From Eledone cirrhosa (lineage: Eukaryota), in NCBI GenBank assembly GCA_964016885.1, contig OZ024741.1, forward strand, positions 292,082,001 through 292,146,000: DNA of 64,000 nt, read 5' to 3'. Shown here one piece after another: positions 1 to 12,111 of the stretch. Within the stretch, counting starts at the first letter, position 1, and each line of letters begins with the position of its first letter. The translations under genes and the position numbers were made by a program. A model generated the notes under the pieces. That model did not search any database. It saw only the letters and a list, made by a program, of their open reading frames with translations, and was not told the origin of the DNA.

Positions 1-2240
1 CGGTCGCCTATTCAGATCACAAATTTGTGATCTGTACGGTCGACCTAGATAAAACACGTAGGTTAGAACCGGGTTACTGGAAGCTGAACATGTCATTTCC
101 GGCACGTAAGGCTTACAGGAACCGAGTCAACAATTTAGTTAAGCAAAGGTTGACAGGGGAGATCATCAACAACAGATGGTGAGGGGCTCTCAAAAGAGAG
201 ATTAGAGTAACTTCGATAGAGTTCAGCAAAGAACTAGCGTCAGAGAAAAATAGAAAGGAGGGGGAGCTGGTAGATAAGTTAGACGAGGCTATTTGTAGTG
301 GCATTGCAACTGACGTGCTAGCGGCGAGAATGGCATTAGGCCATTTCTTCAATGCGAAACACGAAGGTTGCATTGTCAGAGCTAAGGCGCGTGCGCTGAG
401 AAACGAGGGAACCAAAGCTGTTCGATGGGCCCGCGTGGCGGAGGCGCAGCGTGGTAATAAAGCCACAATTCGGTCTTTGGCGAACCGAGACGGACACGAG
501 ATAAAGATTCCAAGCGGATGTGTGAGGCCTTTCGCCAGCACTTTGCTCGGTTGTTCGGGGAGAGTGGCGAGTCAGAGAGAGTAGCGGATTTCAGTCCCTA
601 CCTTGATGGCTTTCCGCGCATCTCGACGGTCGACGCTGAGCGCTGCTAGAGGCCGATTGCTTCAGCCAAAATTCATGACACCCTTGTCGGCTGCATGAGG
701 CGCAAGTCACCCGGTTTGGATGGCCTGCCCTACGAGCTTTACGTAAATATGCCAGACTTGTTCTCCAATCTCCTCGAAGCACTCTACTGCAACTGTCAGC
801 AGAATAGGAGTATTCCCAGTTCTGTGAGCAGGGGAGTGGTGACGCTGATAAGGAAAGACGAGAACAAGAGGGATACATTAGACAACTTCAAGCCCATAAC
901 TCTGCTCAACACAGAGTTTAAGATTTTGGCCAAGGTGTTAGCAAAGAGATTGGCGCTTGTCGTCGAGGATTTGGTTGGGGAGGCGCAAACTTGCGCAATC
1001 CCAGCCAGGTCCATACACGACAATCTCTACCTCATGCGATACATCATAGAGAGAGAAGGGTGTAAACCTGGCTTCGGTGGGACACTGATCAATTTAGATC
1101 AATCGAAAGCATTCGATAGGGTCGACCATCGGTATCTGGAGTTTGTCCTCAAAGCAGGTGGCTTCGGCCCTGTCTTCAGAAGCTGGATCGCTGCAATGCA
1201 CAGCGGCACGCGCTCGGTGGTCAAGGTTAATTGTCACCTCTCGGAACCATTTCGGCTCTCCCGATCGGTCCGTCAAGAGTACCCTCTCTCTTCCCTTCTG
1301 TACGTATTGACTCTCGAGCCTTTACTGCGGAAGCTGGAGCTGTTGCAGGGCATCCCGCTCGAACCGGGACGTGGAAGGGCGGTGTCAGCTTATGCGGACG
1401 ACATCACCGTGATGGTGTCGAACACCTCAGAAATCGAGGTGGTCGGCACCTTATTGAAGGAATATGAAAGGTTGACAGGAGCCAAACTTAATCCGGAAAA
1501 GTCGGTGGGCTTGCAGCTTGGAACCTGGAGAGGCAAGCGCATGCCGTCCAACAGCGTAGTGAGGCGCTGGACGGACGGACCGTAAAAGTTGCTCGGGGTT
1601 TGGTTCGGACCAGACTTACAGGTGGAAAATAATTGGGACGAGGTAACGAGCAGAGTAGCCAGTCTCACCCAATAATGGGCTGGGAGGAAGCTATCACTGA
1701 AAGGTCGCGCGGAGGTGGCGAATGCGTACATCGCGTCCGTCATCTACTACCGCCTGACCGTCGTGCCTTGCCCCCGTCCACGCCTCGTCAAGATGGAACG
1801 GCTCCTCTTCAAATTCTTGTGGTGGGGACAAGTTCCGTTGGTGAGGCGGTCCATCTGCTGCCAGCACCCTCTACGCGGAGGGCTAGGCATACCGTGGCTA
1901 ATGATGGGCAGACATGCGTTGAGGCTGCGACATCTTCAGATATTCTGCCTCAACGGTGAACAGGTGTGGTCGCCGTTTATCAGACGGGCCTTTCCGCAGC
2001 TCATTTCTTTGACTGAGCTGCAGTCTTGCTTCAAGAAGAGACCGAGACTGGGTGACTGGCATCTGGAATGTTGCCAGGCACTCACTGACCTCTACCAAGC
2101 GGGCAATACGATCATTGGAACTTCCACTCTCGAGTTCTATATAGGATTAGTGGTGGACAAGTGCGATGACGCACTCGGAGAAGCTTTGGGCCTCGACGAA
2201 GTCGAACTGACCAGTCTGTACTGGAGGACTTTTGAGCCAA
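1..2240 (+). mobile_element. Decayed Tx1/L1-clade non-LTR retrotransposon ORF2 (reverse transcriptase region), frameshifted, 3'-truncated at a SINE
   Basis: ORF 695-1585 has the non-LTR RT motifs KSPGLDG, NFKPITLLNTEFKILAK, LDQSKAFDRVDH, SVRQEYPLS and YADD (1391-1402). Upstream frames give GYWKLN and GCIVRA, and downstream 1715-2240 gives ANAYIASVIYY...GGLGIP, all typical of L1/Tx1 ORF2. In-frame stops (e.g. 1583) and frame changes are present. GC is much higher than in the flanks. Confidence 0.92.
695..1585 (+). pseudogene. Reverse transcriptase domain of the Tx1-like LINE
   Basis: 296-aa ORF with RT motifs including YADD. It ends at a premature TAA and homology continues downstream. Confidence 0.9.
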
Positions 2241-2406
2241 GGCCATCAATTACCCAGTACATTACTGGTACTTTATTTTATCGACCCCGTAAGGATGAAA
2301 GGCAAAGTTAACCTCGGCGGGATTTGTACTCACACCGTAAAGGGACGTAACTATGCTTGAAAGCATGGCGTCCGACACTCTACCGATACTACCAATCCAC
2401 CGTCCT
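2238..2406 (-). mobile_element. tRNA-derived SINE family A copy
   Basis: Matches the ~190-bp unit repeated through the window (ggcggtggattggcagtatcggtag...gagttcaaatcccgccgaggttaactttgcctttcatccttacggggtcgataaaataaagtaccag...ggccttgtgcc). Pol III box A/B-like motifs are present. Confidence 0.88.
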
Positions 2407-3370
2407 TAAACCTTATATAATGATGCAAATATATGAACGTTTATATAAGCGATGTAATAAGTGTTATAATATAACGGACGCTAATTGGAAGTGTTGAAAA
2501 TTTTAAAGAAGTGAATCTTGAAATAAGCAATAAAATGATTTATATTTAATCAAGAGTTACGAAATTTAGTATATACATTAGTAATAATGTAATATTCATT
2601 CATTATTTATTCAAAGTACTTCAACTTATTTTACAAACGGGATGAAAAATATGTTCAGAACGCAGTCCCGCATTCCTCCCTTTATTATATTATGATATAA
2701 TTTCTTCATTGTGTTGAGAGAGACATCATCATCATTTGTTAGGAGTGGTACTTCGATAAAAAAAATCCATCCCCTTTGCAAGACTTGGCCTCCTTGTTTA
2801 TGTGTATAGGTATATCCCAGAGTATGGACATAGAATATATCTTGGCGAACACACATAAAAAATAAATCGCTCTCGCATCATTTGGCGTATGAATCTGGCA
2901 TTAGCCGGAGATGGGAAACGTCACAATGAACCTACTGACAGAATTCTTTTCTGAAACTTGATGTATGCATACGAGATAAGAGACCGACTACCACAGAGGA
3001 ATGTTCTTGAAGATGACACCGGATAAAACGAGAAATTCAGATGGCTAATGCTGGACAGGGTGAGCTGGAGGAGGAACTTCGTCATGGCACCGGTAACGGA
3101 TATATAGAAAACGATGGTCATATTGTCATTCTCTGAGACAGATTCTCGTGTGCGTTTTATTACCCTTTTTATGATGACGGCATAACACCCGATACATGAA
3201 TACCACAACACTGCCATATCTGTCTTCGCTAAGAAACGACAGCTAGAGATAGTGGAGATAATTGTTTCGTAACAACCTCTACATATACTGCAGGCAATCA
3301 ATTGCTTTCTGCTTAATATAGATCAAGAAAAAGTGAATGATATATATGTATACACACACGCGCGCACACG

Positions 3371-3499
<129 letters not shown>

Positions 3500-3725
3500 A
3501 CCCATATATATATATATATATATGGGTGTGTGTGGGGAACTATATAAATATAAGTGACAAAATACTTCCGCACTTCCACATACAGAAACACGACGAGGAT
3601 GACACAACCACCACCACCACCATCGCCACCCACAACACCATAAGTAATTATATTCTATTTAATGTTTTAAAAGTGTAATGGATTTTAAACATGACTCTCA
3701 TAAGATTAATGTATAACAACGCACT

Positions 3726-3761
<36 letters not shown>

Positions 3762-3971
3762 AACACATATACACACATGTATATATTTATGAATATATAT
3801 ATGTGGGTGTATGTGTGTGTGTGTGTGTGTGTGTGTATTAAGTAGATCGCTGACAAGTAAGACGCTAGATGAGAGAGAGAGAAGATGTGGGCTTAGAGGA
3901 GCAGAGGCGTGGGAGTGGTTGTGGAGATAAAATATGTAATAACATTTACTACTAATGTTTACCAATATGAT

Positions 3972-4162
3972 AATTGTTTCTACCTTTTGCACAAGGCCAG
4001 CAAATACCCAGTGGATTACTGGTACTTTATTTTATCGACTCCGTAAGGATGAAAGGCAAAGTTAACCTGGGCGGGATTTGAACTCAGAATGGCAAGGGCC
4101 ATAACTCTGTGCGTCAAAGCATGGCGTCCGATCCTCTACCGATACTGCCAATCCACCACCTT
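3972..4162 (-). mobile_element. SINE family A, full-length copy
   Basis: Same consensus, flanked by a tatgataat direct repeat (probable TSD). Confidence 0.9.
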
Positions 4163-4590
4163 TATGATAATGCTGTAGAATACTAGTGGCAATATTATCA
4201 GAACAATGTTGATGTGAGGTGGGGGTGGGTTGAGAGACCTTTCAATTGCTAAGATGGGAGCAAGGGGCAGGTATCGGGCTGGGGCTGAGGAAAGAATCTA
4301 GCAATCTCTAGATTAAATGAAGGTGAAGGAGGAAAAAGATGTGAAAAAAATGAATGAGGGGTAGAGTGAGAGACGGAGGAAGAAGTGACAGTAAAAGGGT
4401 GGGAGAAGGGAGTGAGATAAGATAGGGATGAGAGAGAGAGAAGGGAAAGAAAAGAAGGAGAGAGTGGGATAGGTAGGCGAGTGAGAGGAAGAGAAGGGAG
4501 AGAGATAATGTGCGTGTGTATGTGTGGTAGTAATTCATATGTGTGAATACGTGTGTGAGTGCGTGCGTATTTACAAACACAGACACACAT

Positions 4591-4660
<70 letters not shown>

Positions 4661-4664
<4 letters not shown>

Positions 4665-4863
4665 TTAATATAGATGAGATTCTACAGGACTAGAACTGTT
4701 TCATTCATTAGAAATCATCAGGAATTCAGTGATTCCTGATGATTTCTAATGAATGAAACAGTTCTAGTCCTGTAGAATCTCATCTATATTAAAACTGTTA
4801 TACTCTGCTATGTATTGAGTACCTTACTTACTGTGGTTACCTCCGATTCAACCCGGAATAACG
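4661..4863 (+). mobile_element. Fold-back element with hammerhead motifs inserted in (TA)n; probable Penelope-like element terminus
   Basis: Perfect 65-bp inverted repeat (4661-4725 / 4732-4796, 6-nt spacer) plus a ~65-bp tail, with (TA)n on both sides. Confidence 0.75.
4731..4779 (+). ncRNA. Type I hammerhead ribozyme motif (mirror copy on the - strand at ~4679-4725)
   Basis: GAUUC-CUGAUGA-U(UUC UAAU GAA)U-GAAA-CAG(UUCUAGUC)CUG-UA-GAAUC. Stem I is 5 bp, stem III is intact, the triplet is GUA and predicted cleavage is after 4774. Stem II has a U-U closing position. Confidence 0.72.
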
Positions 4864-5106
4864 TATATATATATATATATATGTGTGTGTGTGATGTAAA
4901 AATATATATGGATAAGCAGGTCATATGTGAAGTACAGCGCCGAGAATTTCCCTAGATCTCAGAATAAGTCTCTGTACATATTAAATAATATTCACATTTA
5001 GTGAAAAACTGGGTTGGAGAGACAAAATAAACTTTCTCCCCTCAAATACTATGATACTATTTCTCACAGAGACCCAGCGTTGATATGTGTGTGTGTATTT
5101 TTGTTA

Positions 5107-5610
5107 GAATACAATTGTGAATACAAGCGGCCGAAATGGGGATCCTTCAAAGGGTTTTTGGACTAGTGTTACTCGAAGGAGTGCGTAACTCGGAAATCAG
5201 AGAGTTGTTGCAGGTAGAGACGCTACGTCTCCGAATTGAGAGTTCACAGCTCCGGCACTACATGCTTGTGGCTAGAATGTCTCAGGTAAGAATCGCTGGA
5301 CAGACTTCTTGGGCAAAGTAATCCGACAGGAGACCCAGGCGTAGACCCCGAGCAAGATGGTTGGATAACATCTATGTACTCGGCTTGTCTTGTTTGCGGA
5401 TCCAACCGGAACAATTGGAGACGGTTGCTTCTGATAGGACCCGTTGGAAGAGAGATCTAGGACTCTGCCCCGACGGCCCTCTTATGAATATGTGGGTAAA
5501 GAAGAAGAAGAAGAAGAAGAAGAAGAAGAAGAAGAAGAAGAAGAAGAAGAAGAAGAAGAAGAAGAAGAAGAAGAAGAAGAAGAAGAAGAAGAAGAAGAAG
5601 AAGAAGAAGA
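5107..5610 (+). mobile_element. RTE-clade LINE 3' end remnant with (GAA)n tail
   Basis: Translation IQAAEMGILQRV..VRNSEIRELL..QLRHY..VARM..RRPRRRPRARWLDNI..ASDRTRWK matches the RTE ORF C-terminus. It is followed by a ~110-bp (AAG)n tract. Confidence 0.8.
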
Positions 5611-5819
5611 ACCTATTTATTTTTGCAGGCTCGCCGAGATTGATGAGATTAGTACTACTGATGTTCAGCTTGAATAGTTGCAGGTCGACACCTGCAAGCA
5701 ATTACATGAAGAGCAGGGAGAGTATTTCAGACCGATTTACTGTCCAGGAAAGAAAGGCTGTGCGCAATAGATAGTGCAGGATGTGGAGTAGCTAGACACG
5801 ACATTTGGAAATGAGAAAA

Positions 5820-7103
5820 GGAGAGACGTGTGAAGACAGCCAGCTCCGAAACGTAGAGACATGTGAAGACAGCCAGCTCCAAGACGCAGAGACGTGTGAG
5901 AACATCCAGCTCTGAGACACAGAGACGTGTGAGAACAGTCAGCTCCAAGACGCAGAGACGTGTGAGAACATCCAGCTCTGAGACACAGAGACGTGTGAGA
6001 ACAGTCAGCTCCAAGACGCAGAGACGTGTGAGAACATCCAGCTCTGAGACACAGAGACGTGTGAGAACAGCCAGCTCCAAGACGCAGAGACGTGTGAGAA
6101 CAGCCAGCTCTGAGACGCAGAGACGTGTGAGAACAGCCAGCTCCAAGACGCAGAGACGTGTGAGAACAGCCAGCTCTGAGACGCAGAGACGTGTGAGAAC
6201 AGCCAGCTCAAAGACGCAGAGACGTTTCAGAACAGCCAGCTCTGAGACACAGAGACGTGTGAGAACAGCCAGCTCTGAGACGCAGAGACGTGTGAGAACA
6301 GCCAGCTCTGAGACACAGAGACGTGTGAGAATAGCCAGCTCTGAGACACAGAGACGTGTGAGAATAGCCAGCTCTGAGACACAGAGACGTGTGAGAACAG
6401 CCAGCTCTGAGACGCAGAGACGTGTGAGAACAGCCAGCTCTGAGACGCAGAGACGTGTGAGAACAGCCAGCTCTGAGACACAGAGACGTGTGAGAATAGC
6501 CAGCTCTGAGACACAGAGACGTGTGAGAACAGCCAGCTCTGAGACGCAGAGACGTGTGAGAACAGCCAGCTCCAAGATGCAGAAACGTGTGAGAACAGCC
6601 AGCTCTGAGACACAGAGACGTGTGAGAACAGCCAGCTCCAAGATGCAGAAACGTGTGAGAACAGCCAGCTCTGAGACACAGAGACGTGTGAGAATAGCCA
6701 GCTCTGAGACGCAGAGACGTGTGAGAATAGCCAGCTCTGAGACACAGAGACGTGTGAGAACAGCCAGCTCTGAGACGCAGAGACGTGTGAGAACAGCCAG
6801 CTCTGAGACACAGAGACGTGTGAGAATAGCCAGCTCTGAGACACAGAGACGTGTGAGAACAGCCAGCTCTGAGACGCAGAGACGTGTGAGAACAGCCAGC
6901 TCCAAGATGCAGAAACGTGTGAGAACAGCCAGCTCTGAGACACAGAGACGTGTGAGAACAGCCAGCTCCAAGATGCAGAAACGTGTGAGAACAGCCAGCT
7001 CTGAGACACAGAGACGTGTGAGAAAGCCAGCTCCAAGATGCAGAAACGTGTGAGAACAGCCAACTCCGAGACGCAGAGACGTGTGAGAACAATCAGCCCC
7101 GAG
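5820..7103. repeat. 33-bp minisatellite, ~39 copies
   Basis: Unit gagacgcagagacgtgtgagaacagccagctct. It explains the long periodic ORFs on both strands. Confidence 0.97.
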
Positions 7104-7399
7104 AAGCAGAGTCAGATATAGTAAAAAAGTAGACAAGGCAAAAAGGAGGAGACAGCATGTCTGTTGACCGGATGCTGGAGAGTTCATCAGGTCAATTACA
7201 CAGACAAGAAATCATCATCATTCCACTGTAAGACCAAAAATAATGTGATATGTAATCTAATCAACCTGGCCAAAAGGTGAACTACGACTGATCAGCATAC
7301 TCCAAAATAGGAAAAGAGAAAACTACTGTACTCAAACCTATATATATATATATATATATAAAGAGAGAGAGAGAGAGAGAGAGACTAATAATTATAATG

Positions 7400-7446
<47 letters not shown>

Positions 7447-7475
7447 GTTATATATATTCATAGAAACATATAATT

Positions 7476-7562
<87 letters not shown>

Positions 7563-8209
7563 TATATATATATGTTCGCTACAAATCTAAATATGTGGGA
7601 AAACTCAACCGATACGTTAAATTGATCGAGATGCAAATTTATTCAATTCGACGTCGTAGACTTGTACCCATCTATCACCAAAATCGTCTTCGATGACACC
7701 ATGGACTTCCTATCCATATATATGTAAATATATATGTGTGCATACATATATATACATTTAAATGCATACATGTATGTATATATGTATGTATGTATATATA
7801 TATATATGTGTGTGTGTGTCAATTGATTTATTCATGTTTTTGCAATATAGCCACGTGATATAGAGATAGGTGAAATAAATATGAGTCTTGAAAAATAGAT
7901 AAATTTAAGTGCTGAAATGTATTAAGAACCTCGAAGGCAATGCCCTAGTATAGCCGCTTTCTAATGGTTGTCACTAGCAAGAGAATGAAATTAAGTAATG
8001 AAAGTTTAGATGAAAGAAATGAAGATACAGTTCGAGTATCTATTCAACTAAAGGAACGGAAAATGTTACGTGTTCAAATGAAAATAATTTGATGGCAATT
8101 CTTTAGTTCTTTTATTTTGTACTGGTCTCAATCATTAGACTGCAGCCATGTTGTGTCACTGACTTAATTTACTCGGTAATATCCACCACAGTACTGACTT
8201 AGGTATATA

Positions 8210-8397
8210 ATTGTTTCTACTTTAGGCACAAGGCCAGCAATTACCCAGTGCATTACTGGTACTTTATTTTATCGACCCCGTAAGGATGAAAGGCAAAGTC
8301 AACCTCGGCGGGAGTTGAACTCAGATCGTAAAGGGACATAACTATGCTGGAAAGCATGGCGTCCGACCCTCTACCGATACTGCCAATCCACCGCCCT
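8210..8397 (-). mobile_element. SINE family A full-length copy with 14-bp TSD
   Basis: cttaggtatataat at 8198-8211 and 8396-8409 flanks the consensus. Confidence 0.92.
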
Positions 8398-8444
8398 TAG
8401 GTATATAATGAATAAATAGAAGTAAACATACACACACATGTACG

Positions 8445-9172
8445 CCAGGTCCGAACACAGAGGTGCCGAATTCCGACTGTCATGCTCCCGTCTTTCTCGC
8501 CTTCCTCATCTCTCACTACTATGAACAAATAGAGCCCCACACGTTAGCCACCCTACGGCCCCATCGAACAGAATAGAGAAGGCGTTTCCCGGAGGATGAC
8601 GAGGTGATGTGCTGGAAGAGCCATTCCATCTCGCAGGCCTCACGCCTGCGGTTAGCCACCTCAATGCTTATGATGGTGAGTAGGGAAGTAGCCCTAGGAC
8701 CAAGGATACCAGAAGTCTCCACTGATAGTGACTTGACTGCAAACCTGTTGGAGACCGACCGATAGTCAGAGAGTTTACCCTCATCAGCCCTAAGTGCAGC
8801 AGAGCCTGGGTTAGTCGCAGTCTTCACCAGGTTGCCACTGGAGAATGTGTCGCTGTATGTGGCATCCCAGACGAGGGGTTTACCACCGCGGAACGGGAAG
8901 ATAGTCATGCCGTTCGGCCTTTTGCCGTCCCCTCGGTCCAACCCTACAGGCACGAGCTGGGAGGGGTAGCCTGCAGCATCCAATCCATGCTTTATGACCT
9001 CGTTGACGGCAGCATGGCATGGAAGGCGGCCGGCCCTGTAGCGACAGAAAAACGGGTGGAGACCAAAATAGTCTATGTTAGATCCGCAGCGATATTTGTG
9101 TGGCTCGCAGATCCGGAAGTCGAGCCTCAGGGAAACCCTGATGCGCAGGATATCATTAACCATTCCAAGTCT
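8445..9172 (-). mobile_element. CRE-clade non-LTR retrotransposon 3' remnant (zinc finger + restriction-like endonuclease)
   Basis: ORF 8519-9163 reads LRL..RICEPHK.RCG..IDYFGLHPFFC..RLPCHAAVN..GKRPNGMT..GKPLVWDAT..SVETSGILGP..WLFQ, the characteristic CRE C-terminal CCHC/PD-D-K module. Confidence 0.85.
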
Positions 9173-9339
9173 GGTCTATATATTTCATGGATAGTTTTAG
9201 TCGATCAACTAATATGCGTGATTTAAACACAGATACAGGCATATGCACAATATAACCAAACTCTTTAATCACTGAGCTATGTCTGCATATATACTTAAGT
9301 TTTATTTTAAAAAAACACAACTAAAATACCACCCTGTAA

Positions 9340-9725
9340 TAATGGTTTCTGATTTAGACACAAGGCCAACAGGGACAAAAAAAAAAAACGATTAAATAGA
9401 CCCCCAGTGCTTTACTTATTCTTTATTTTATTGACCCCGTAATGATAAAAAGCAAAGCTAACCTCGGCGTATTTGAAATCAGAACGTAAAAGGCAGTAAC
9501 TGTATCCCGCAAAGCATGTTGTCCGACGTTCTACCGATACTGCCAATCCAAGCATAATTCCAACAAAAGGGAAAGTTAATTATATCGACCCTAGTGCCTT
9601 ACTGTTACTTTATTTTGCCGACCCTTTAAGGATCAGAGGCAAAGCTAATCTCGGCGGAATTTGAACACATATCTATATGATTATGTTACCCGATGCTCTG
9701 CCGATATTGCCATTCCACAGTCCTC
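9340..9725 (-). mobile_element. Two diverged SINE family A copies in tandem
   Basis: Degenerate matches to the consensus at ~9340-9550 and ~9580-9725. Confidence 0.8.
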
Positions 9726-10343
9726 GTCTAATAATAAGTAAAAAAAAAAACAAATAACACAGGTAAAGAATATTTTGGGAGGGAAATTAAATGATTGAAA
9801 AATGTCTTTCTGTGTGAAAAAATAGCATTTTATCTAAATCATATGTTGTTCGGTAATTTCTTAAACCTCTTTAACCAAAAGCTGAAGAAAAAAAAAAAAA
9901 TATATATATATAAGGGATAAAATGGTGGGAAAATAAGTTTTATCTTTTTGGGAGGGAATATATTTCACGTGTTTAAATTTAAATTTAAAAAAAATTCAGT
10001 TGCAAAATCTGAAATGAAATGGGGGTAAAAACATAAAAAGACAATTTTCTTCTGAAATCAAACGATTAAAAATTGTGGTTTCTTCCATAATTTCTTTTTC
10101 ATTGTCGTTTTGTCATTGCTAAATTTAAAATTGTTCTGTAAACTTGAGGTTTCGTTAACAAAACATAAATATAGAATATAAAACATACAAGGAAACATAT
10201 ATTTTCCCATGCAATCACCAGATTGAAAGCGTAGAAGGGAGGACATTTTGTACAAAAAAAAAAAGTGATAATCGTAATATTTGTTCAGTCATACGCCAAT
10301 CTGAAATTATTTGTAACGTGTTTTGACAAATGTCCCTAAACTG

Positions 10344-10440
<97 letters not shown>

Positions 10441-10441
<1 letters not shown>

Positions 10442-11033
10442 TGGCTGCCAACTCGTTTTCGAGTACGGCCACTACTTTATATCCATGTAGAAGAAACCCT
10501 ACCGATGCGCTGAACAAGTGTGACATTTTAGTCCAGCCAGCGACTTGAAAACTCTGCTACAAAATTGTGATAATTATTGACACATAGTGCTGGGCCCATG
10601 GTACCATGTGATGACAAGTGCAGAGAGATCTCCAGATATAAAGCAATGCCTGTGCCGTGAAGCTTTTATAGTGAGCAAAGGCACTGCACAAAGCCAGTCC
10701 CACTCTCCTAACCAAGATGATATCTACCAAAAAGAACGAGTCAACATCATTGGATACCATCAGGGTTGCAGGTGTTATATCAGAGTTTTCCTTCTCCTAG
10801 AATTCTGCCTTGACAAAGACTAAGGGGTCATCTCTCCCGGTGATTTTGGATGGCCATTGACTCTTAAGAGCTCCTTTGACCTTTGACAGGTTTTAGTCCT
10901 GCAGGATGTCCAAAGGCACCCTCCTCACCAAGAAACCTTGGTGGGGTTGCCAGTTTAGTCGCCAACGACACGACCATGAGACAGGTTGTACTGGGATACA
11001 TGTTACCAGTAGCACCAACTGGTGACCTGACCA

Positions 11034-11036
<3 letters not shown>
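10441..11036 (-). mobile_element. Probable internally deleted RTE element between (TA)n tracts
   Basis: The minus strand near 10500-10565 encodes CSRVFKSLAGLKCH (RTE-type C-terminal zinc-finger remnant). The other end resembles RTE 5' sequence, from memory and unverified. Confidence 0.5.
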
Positions 11037-11104
<68 letters not shown>

Positions 11105-11201
11105 TTGCGAGGTTTTTTATATGAAATCGTGTGTCGAAACAGTGAGTGTGTTCTGTTATTAATTCTGGCAATATTACGCAAATATGACCCTCCCCAAATA
11201 T

Positions 11202-11262
<61 letters not shown>

Positions 11263-11348
11263 GTATTTCCGTAGGGAACGTAAAGGAAAAGAGTGTGCTC
11301 TATGTAGGCTACAGAGCTTTTTAGTTATGTACTAAGCAACATAAGGTA

Positions 11349-11419
11349 ATTATTTCATTTACCAGTGGTTTCTTGAGGACAGATATTTAGATCTGTCTTC
11401 AGTCATCAGAAAGAATAAT
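11349..11419 (-). ncRNA. Type I hammerhead motif (left arm)
   Basis: Reverse complement reads AUUAUUCUUU-CUGAUGA-long stem II-GAAA-CCACUGG-UA-AAUGAAAUAAU. Confidence 0.65.
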
Positions 11420-11470
11420 AATGAATATTTATTAAATACAGATTTGAATAAACATTCATTATTATTCTTT

Positions 11471-11611
11471 GACGCATAGAGTTACGGTCCTTGCCATTCT
11501 GAGTTCAAATCCCGCCGAGGTTAACTTTGCCTTTCATCCTTACGGGGTCGATAAAATAAAGTACCAGTAATGCACTGGTTAATTGCTGGCCTTGTGCCTA
11601 AAGTAGAAACA
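11471..11611 (+). mobile_element. 5'-truncated SINE family A with 13-bp TSD
   Basis: attattattcttt at 11458-11470 and 11612-11624. Confidence 0.9.
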
Positions 11612-11614
11612 ATT

Positions 11615-11685
11615 ATTATTCTTTCTGATGACTGAAGACAGATATAAATATCTGTCTTCAAGAAACCACTGGTAAATGAAATAAT
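11615..11685 (+). ncRNA. Type I hammerhead motif (right arm)
   Basis: CUGAUGA 11625-11631, 13-bp stem II (UGAAGACAGAUAU/AUAUCUGUCUUCA), GAAA 11662-11665, near-palindromic stem III ACCACUGGU, GUA triplet and an AU-rich stem I. Confidence 0.68.
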
Positions 11686-11713
11686 TATCTTTTGTTGTTT
11701 ATTACATAACTAT

Positions 11714-11746
<33 letters not shown>

Positions 11747-11931
11747 TAAAAATTAGAATTGTAGCTCTGAAATAGCAATATATATATGGATGTAAATATA
11801 ATGTATTTTGCAATACACTTTATGCTTAATTAAAAGCATTTTGAAGACCGTAAGCTATTGTTTTAAAGTACTACTTTATGTACTACTGTATGTATATATA
11901 TATGTGTGTGTGTGCGTATGTATGTGTGGGG

Positions 11932-12007
<76 letters not shown>

Positions 12008-12046
12008 ATGTATGTGTGTATCTGGATGTATGTGTATGTATATATA

Positions 12047-12111
<65 letters not shown>

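Larger units (their letters stand above)
11322..11712. mobile_element. Fold-back hammerhead element interrupted by a SINE
   Basis: Inverted arms 11322-~11426 and ~11454-11470 plus 11625-11712. Each arm carries a hammerhead core. (TA)n flanks. Confidence 0.78.

Noticed and set aside
5820-7103. Tandem hammerhead satellite (CTGAGA...GAGAAC in each unit)
   Set aside because: The core boxes do not match CUGANGA/GAAA and no stems I or III can form.
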